From Candidatus Firestoneibacteriota bacterium (GTDB taxonomy: Bacteria; Oederibacteriota; D2-FULL-39-29; JBDRBU01): a stretch of 19,661 bases of DNA. The stretch spans positions 1-19,661 of the forward strand of contig JBDRBU010000009.1 of NCBI GenBank assembly GCA_043822305.1, given 5' to 3'. This document shows, in pieces, positions 17,600 through 19,661 of the stretch; the stretch's first letter is position 1; every line of letters begins with the position of its first letter. The notes under the pieces are model-generated. The model was not told the origin of the DNA. It ran no database searches and saw only the letters and a program-made list of their open reading frames with translations. A program made the position numbers and the translations under genes.

Positions 17600-17950
17600 T
17601 TATTTCAATTTATTGTATTTTGTATGCTTACCCTTCGCTTTCTCTATTGGATATTTCAAAGCATTCTTTTTTAACTTATTTTCCATGGCTTTCGGTAAAT
17701 TAATGCAAAGGTTATCGGCAAGTTCAAAAAGATACATTGCAACATCAGCGAGTTCATCAGAAATTTCCTCTTTATGTTCTTTCGCATATTTATTTACTTC
17801 TTTTAATGATTTCCATTGAAAATGTTCCAAAAGCTCACTTGCTTCTAAAACCAAAGATAATGCCATATCCTTATGATTATGAAACTTTTTCCAGTCTCTT
17901 TCATCCCTAAATTTCTTTATTTTATTGGTAATCTTTTTAATTTCGCTCAT
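17600..17950 (-). CDS. MazG-like nucleotide pyrophosphohydrolase (dCTPase-like)
   Basis: FRDERDWKKFH, LEASELLEHFQW (ExxE), DELADV (ExxD), KNALKYP. Confidence 0.93.
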   Translation of the reverse strand: MSEIKKITNKIKKFRDERDWKKFHNHKDMALSLVLEASELLEHFQWKSLKEVNKYAKEHKEEISDELADVAMYLFELADNLCINLPKAMENKLKKNALKYPIEKAKGKHTKYNKLK

Positions 17951-18110
17951 TAAAAATTCCTTGCATATATCTTATTAAACGGGTGCTGTCCCTATTTAAA
18001 AAAGCTTATAAAACACACTACAAAACATATCTTAAACCCCTTATAAATAAATATCTTTTTATGGCAAAAAATTCAACAAAGGACTGTTCCTTATTTCGAA
18101 TTGGTCTCAA

Positions 18111-18199
18111 TGGCGGAGGGTGCAGGACTCGAACCTGCATGTCCCGTGAAGGACTCCTGATTTCAAGTCAGGTGCCTTACCAGTTAGGGCTAACCCTCC
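18111..18199 (-). tRNA. tRNA-Ser(UGA)
   Basis: 89 nt, GGAGGGT..ACCCTCC-GCCA; anticodon arm CCTGA-CTTGAAA-TCAGG; variable-arm stem GTCC/GGAC; T arm GCAGG-TTCGAGT-CCTGC. Confidence 0.93.
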
Positions 18200-18241
18200 G
18201 ATTTAGATTTCACATTTATATGCAATACTTTTTTTGATGTT

Positions 18242-19330
18242 CTAATTTGCAACCAATTCTTTAACATCAAATTTGCCCAAATCGTGCCCAAAATTCGCAA
18301 CATTTGATTTCTTATTTAGACTATCCTCAAGTTTATAAATGGCATCTTGTTTAAACTTAGGAGCTAAATGAGAATATCTCATCGTCATTTTTATGTCTTT
18401 ATGTCCAAGAAGTTTTTGGACTGTAACAATGTCTACCCCTGACATTACTAAATGACTTGCAAAAGTATGCCTTAAATCATGAAATCTAAAATTATCTATT
18501 CCAGCATTACTTAGTGCTGTTCCGAATGCTGTTCTTACACCATTTCTTGAATACCTTTTCTTACCTTTCGTGACAAATATAAAATCTTTTTTCCGTTTGC
18601 TTGCACATAATCGCCAAAGTATTTCTCTCACTTCTCTACTCATAGGAATTTCTCTGATTTCGTCATTCTTGGTTTTGTCCAAGATTATCAAGTTATTATT
18701 AAAATCTATATTTGTCATTTTCAAACCTAACATTTCTCCCTTTCTCATACCAGTCAGCAAAGCAATCTTAACTATATCTTTTAGATATCCATAACAATTT
18801 GCTAATAATCTCTCTATTTCTTCTTTTGTTAAAAACCTTACTCTGCCACTGGATTCTTTATAAAATTCAACAAAATTAACAGGATTATGAGATATCTTCC
18901 CCCACTTTATTCCCAAATTATATATTCGTCTTAATACAGATAAATCTCTATTCACGGTCCCTTGGGAAACTTTATCAATATCAACTCGATCATTTTGATA
19001 ACTAACAATAAAACGTGGTGTTATCTCATATAGAAACATCTCACCAAAATATTCATTCAACTGTTTTATTCTCTCCTTAAAGAATCCTTTAGCTTTTCTA
19101 CGCTTTAACAAATATTCTAACACTTCATTAGCAAAATCTTTAAACTTAATCTTTTCATTCTTTCTTTTATCAAAATACTTACCTTCTAACACTTCAACTT
19201 CTCTTTTATTGAGAATTTGCCTTGCCAACTTTATATCATCTGTACTAACAGATTCCCTAATTCTTCTACCAAATCCATCTCTAAAATCCATATATAACTT
19301 ACCATCTTTACGGCGTCTCACATTTCCCAT
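18242..19330 (-). CDS. Phage-type tyrosine integrase
   Basis: Catalytic set intact: TGMRKGE (R), KTKN (K), FHDLRH (HxxR), LLGH, MTMRYSH (Y). Arm-binding-like N-terminus. AAGGAGG RBS. Confidence 0.95.
   Translation of the reverse strand: MGNVRRRKDGKLYMDFRDGFGRRIRESVSTDDIKLARQILNKREVEVLEGKYFDKRKNEKIKFKDFANEVLEYLLKRRKAKGFFKERIKQLNEYFGEMFLYEITPRFIVSYQNDRVDIDKVSQGTVNRDLSVLRRIYNLGIKWGKISHNPVNFVEFYKESSGRVRFLTKEEIERLLANCYGYLKDIVKIALLTGMRKGEMLGLKMTNIDFNNNLIILDKTKNDEIREIPMSREVREILWRLCASKRKKDFIFVTKGKKRYSRNGVRTAFGTALSNAGIDNFRFHDLRHTFASHLVMSGVDIVTVQKLLGHKDIKMTMRYSHLAPKFKQDAIYKLEDSLNKKSNVANFGHDLGKFDVKELVAN
18274..18292. promoter_or_regulatory. Putative integrase arm-type binding sites
   Basis: Direct repeat TGCCCAAA at 18274-18281 and 18285-18292 (11-bp period) in the 3' tail of the integrase gene. 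Confidence 0.5.
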
Positions 19331-19351
19331 TTATATCCCCTCCTTTTCGAC

Positions 19352-19399
19352 GCCTCCCTTATTAGGAGGCATTATACTATTATTTATTAATAATTTCAA
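19352..19399 (-). promoter_or_regulatory. Integrase promoter with an inverted repeat over the start site
   Basis: TTGAAA (19399-19394), 17 bp spacer, TATAAT (19376-19371), followed directly by GCCTCC-N7-GGAGGC. Confidence 0.65.
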
Positions 19400-19400
19400 T

Positions 19401-19522
19401 CTAATTCATAACTTCTTTTTTAAATTCTTTTAACCAACTCTCTATATCTGCAATGTTGAATCTAATTATTTTACCTATCTTTAAATGTGGTATCTTTTTT
19501 TGTTCTACAAAACGATAGATAG
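19401..19522 (-). pseudogene. Excisionase-family HTH protein (HTH_17-like), 5' part cut off by ISL3
   Basis: Hand translation IYRFVEQKKIPHLKIGKIIRFNIADIESWLKEFKKEVMN*, the typical excisionase C-terminal half, upstream of the integrase. Not in the ORF track. Confidence 0.85.
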
Positions 19523-19661
19523 GGTTCTTTCGTATTTATTGTGGGTACCTCCTTGGATTTAACAGCCCGCAATGTTGATGGATTTTTAGTTTAAAATATT
19601 CGACATCCCTATACCCATAAGCCATTCGTTTAAGCCGTTTAATTTTATTGTTAATTCCTTC
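19523..19661 (-). mobile_element. ISL3-family insertion sequence, right end (transposase C-terminus at 19536-19661)
   Basis: Exact reverse complement of 1-139; begins GGTTCTTTC. Confidence 0.9.

Noticed and set aside
17981..18096. Imperfect direct repeat CTGTCCCTATTT / CTGTTCCTTATTT as a MITE remnant
   Set aside because: Too short and degenerate in AT-rich DNA to support without a genome-wide count.
18111..18199. tRNA-Sec or opal suppressor (TCA visible on the plus strand)
   Set aside because: The cloverleaf and CCA are on the minus strand with anticodon TGA and a 7-bp acceptor stem, so it is tRNA-Ser.
4253..19433. Plus-strand ORFs such as 4253-4870, 11520-11909, 14222-14629, 15704-16006, 17983-18237 and 19209-19433
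   Set aside because: They are antisense shadows of well-supported genes or of a tRNA, with no recognisable motifs.

Overview
AT-rich window from a diderm bacterium (LPS heptosyltransferase, outer-membrane beta-barrel proteins), with almost all genes on the minus strand. Bases 1-139 and 19523-19661 are exact reverse complements and are the 3' ends of two copies of one ISL3-family IS, probably where the assembly broke. The left end is a nest: ISL3 inside an internally deleted IS4, which itself truncates a hypothetical gene. The core holds a frameshifted rarA, a 6S RNA, outer-membrane and lipoprotein genes, waaF, a GT2, a CsgG-like protein, PilZ, tRNA-Phe, a Gfo/Idh/MocA oxidoreductase, a sugar epimerase, trxB, an internally duplicated coiled-coil protein, tRNA-Ser(GCU) and a class III adenylate cyclase. 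The right end holds a candidate three-gene anti-phage cassette (MazG-like pyrophosphatase, HNH endonuclease, DUF2075 nuclease-helicase fused to an S24-like tail) in which two genes appear to carry internal deletions. It is followed by tRNA-Ser(UGA), an intact tyrosine integrase abutting the tRNA 5' end, and an excisionase broken by ISL3. Short tandem and palindromic repeats are scattered throughout. All family calls come from motif recognition only; no searches were run.
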